Assembly: GCF_004010195.1 (NCBI RefSeq)
Contig: NC_057720.1
Span: forward strand, 24,858,500 to 24,922,499
From: Chiloscyllium plagiosum
Taxonomy: Eukaryota
DNA length: 64,000 bases
Direction: 5' to 3'
Shown here one piece after another: positions 62,163-64,000 of this stretch. The notes under the pieces were generated by a model. The model saw only the letters and a list, made by a program, of their open reading frames with translations, did no database searches and was not told the origin of the DNA. The translations under genes and the position numbers were made by a program. Position 1 is the first letter of the stretch, and each line of letters begins with the position of its first letter.

Positions 62163-63189
62163 GGTCAGAATACATAATTTGCCCTGATTCACCTTTTAAA
62201 GGTGGTGGCGAATGGCTGTAGACCATGTGTTGTAAGTAGACCCCATGCCCTTGGAGTGGAATTCCAGGACTTAAACTTCCTGCACCATCATAAGGTTTTT
62301 TGGCTTTGCCCAGGTAAGGATAATGAGTGACTTGGAGAGAGTTGCAGGTAATTAGTATTTGCTAACCTTGACCTTCTAGATGGAAGAAGTCCTGTTTGGA
62401 AGATGCTCTTTCAGGATCTTTGAATTTTTTGCAGCACGTCTTGTAGATGGTGCACATTGCCGCTACGGAGTTTGTATCTGGATGGATTGTTTTGGTGCAA
62501 CAACATTGTGTTTTCAAAGTAATGCAACAAGTCTTTTTTAAAAAAAAATACAACCGTTGGTCACCAAGTGGTTAGCATGTTCCCTCTTGGCTTATAAAAA
62601 GCCAGGAAATTGTGCAAAACTAAAGCACTAGATTGGCTTTGTTGGATTATGTCTACTCTGGGCAAAACACTGCAAGTTTCAGGAAAAGAGAATTAATTTC
62701 AGAACTGCAATTTTGCGAACTGGATTAGATTTGAGGCATTTTGAAATGAATGACTTTAGATTTAAAGGTGGTGATAGCATCAACATTTTGCCATTGGCAA
62801 AAGAACCAAGGTATGTGAGGAAAACCTTTTTTGAGATTAGGATTTGATGTTTACACTGTATGGGATGGTGAAAATGGATTGGGTAGCAGCCTTAAAATTG
62901 AATCAATATTTGAACGAGAAAATGTAGGTATGCAAGAAACAAACAGGAGTGAGGCTAATTGGATTGTTCTGTTCCTTATCAGATGTCTGACTTTAAATGG
63001 TTCTCCTCTGCAATATTCTAGGCTGATTTGAGCTCAAAAAGGGAAGTTTTGATTTGTGGAGATCAGCGCACTCTTTCTGTTGACTTGAGATGCCACTAGG
63101 TGTAACTCTCTAAATTTAGAAATCAGAATTAAACTAAACCCATTCAAGTTTCTCCTTCACATCCCTCAGCCCTGTGGAATAATCAGGTT

Positions 63190-63900
63190 TTGGCCATTCG
63201 GGACTAAGTGTTGGAAGTATCATTGACAGTGCTGTCAAGTGGCACTTGCTCAGCAATAACCTGATTGTTGATCAATTGGGCTTCCACCAGAAACCACTTT
63301 TAACATACCTTGGTTAAGAGCTGAATTCTAGATTGCATTTGACAGGAGCCAGAGGAATGATTGAACCAATAGCTGGAATTGTACCTTGCACAAGGTGTTG
63401 GAGGCAAAACACTTCAGCTGTTTATAACAGTGCAGGCACTCTTAAGAATCTTGGGCTCTCTTCAGCTGCTTGATCAATGACCATCCATCCATTTCAAGTC
63501 CTGAATAGGTGTTCACTGTGGTGATAGCAGCCATTTGTAACATAGTTGAAGTGGCCCAGGCAATAAGACATGAACAGATTCAGGCTTGGGCTGATATTTG
63601 GTACAAATGTTAATTGTCCTACTTAAATGTAGGGAACTAACTATTTCTAAGAATTTAACCACCACCTCTTTGGCATAAGCAACATTAACATTGCCTCACC
63701 TAAATCTTGGGGTCACCATGTCTTGAATTTCCATATGTTTATAGCTTTGCGGCAGTAAAAGCACAGAATGAGGTAGGGTAATTTGTGAACAGCTGCTTTC
63801 CTGACAGCCTCATGTGTAAAAGTTGCCAGTGTATTCTTCATTTGCTTTGGTCAACTCCATTCTAAATTTTTAAATTCTACACCATCCAGGACAGTGAGTT
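63190..63900 (+). mobile_element. Highly degenerate LINE RT fragment
   Basis: Faint NNL...Q.GF, IQAWA..W and LGVT motifs. Confidence 0.4.
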
Positions 63901-64000
63901 GTACTTTTTTTCTCACCCGCCATTGGTACATCTTGTCAAAACTCCTTTCTTTGATAGCTTTTTAAAAATGCAACATGCTTTCCGATCTGTACTTGGAGTT

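Overview
Eukaryotic, repeat-rich vertebrate DNA. It is most likely a shark or other elasmobranch, which is an inference from HE1-like tRNA SINEs, dense CR1 LINEs and Penelope-like elements. One intact protein-coding gene is recognisable: CDC20 on the + strand, with 10 coding exons from 13139 to 33700, a 1548-nt CDS and 515 aa. All its introns are GT-AG and phase-consistent, and the protein has the C-box, KEN, a KILR-like motif, WD40 repeats and the IR tail. A CpG-rich CCAAT/CHR-type promoter lies at ~11.2-11.5 kb, and the short 3'UTR carries CPE, Pumilio and AATAAA sites. The rest is nested mobile DNA: CR1, L1-like and L2-like LINE fragments, tRNA-derived SINEs, TA-flanked pogo/Tigger-like MITEs, a decayed Penelope retroelement in a CDC20 intron, and a 3.7-kb 29-bp minisatellite. 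There is also a 675-N gap and a probable promoter/first exon of an unidentified gene near 60.5-61.5 kb. The most notable signal is at least seven insertions built from inverted Penelope-like termini, mostly 150-260 bp. Five have 15-16-bp target-site duplications, and minimal hammerhead-ribozyme cores (CUGANGA...GAAA-C-GUC or GAAA-G-CUA) sit near the hairpin centre; two of these cores look intact. A templated direct-plus-inverted duplication joined by microhomologies lies at 44.4-44.9 kb. Repeat boundaries are approximate unless a TSD or TIR is quoted.
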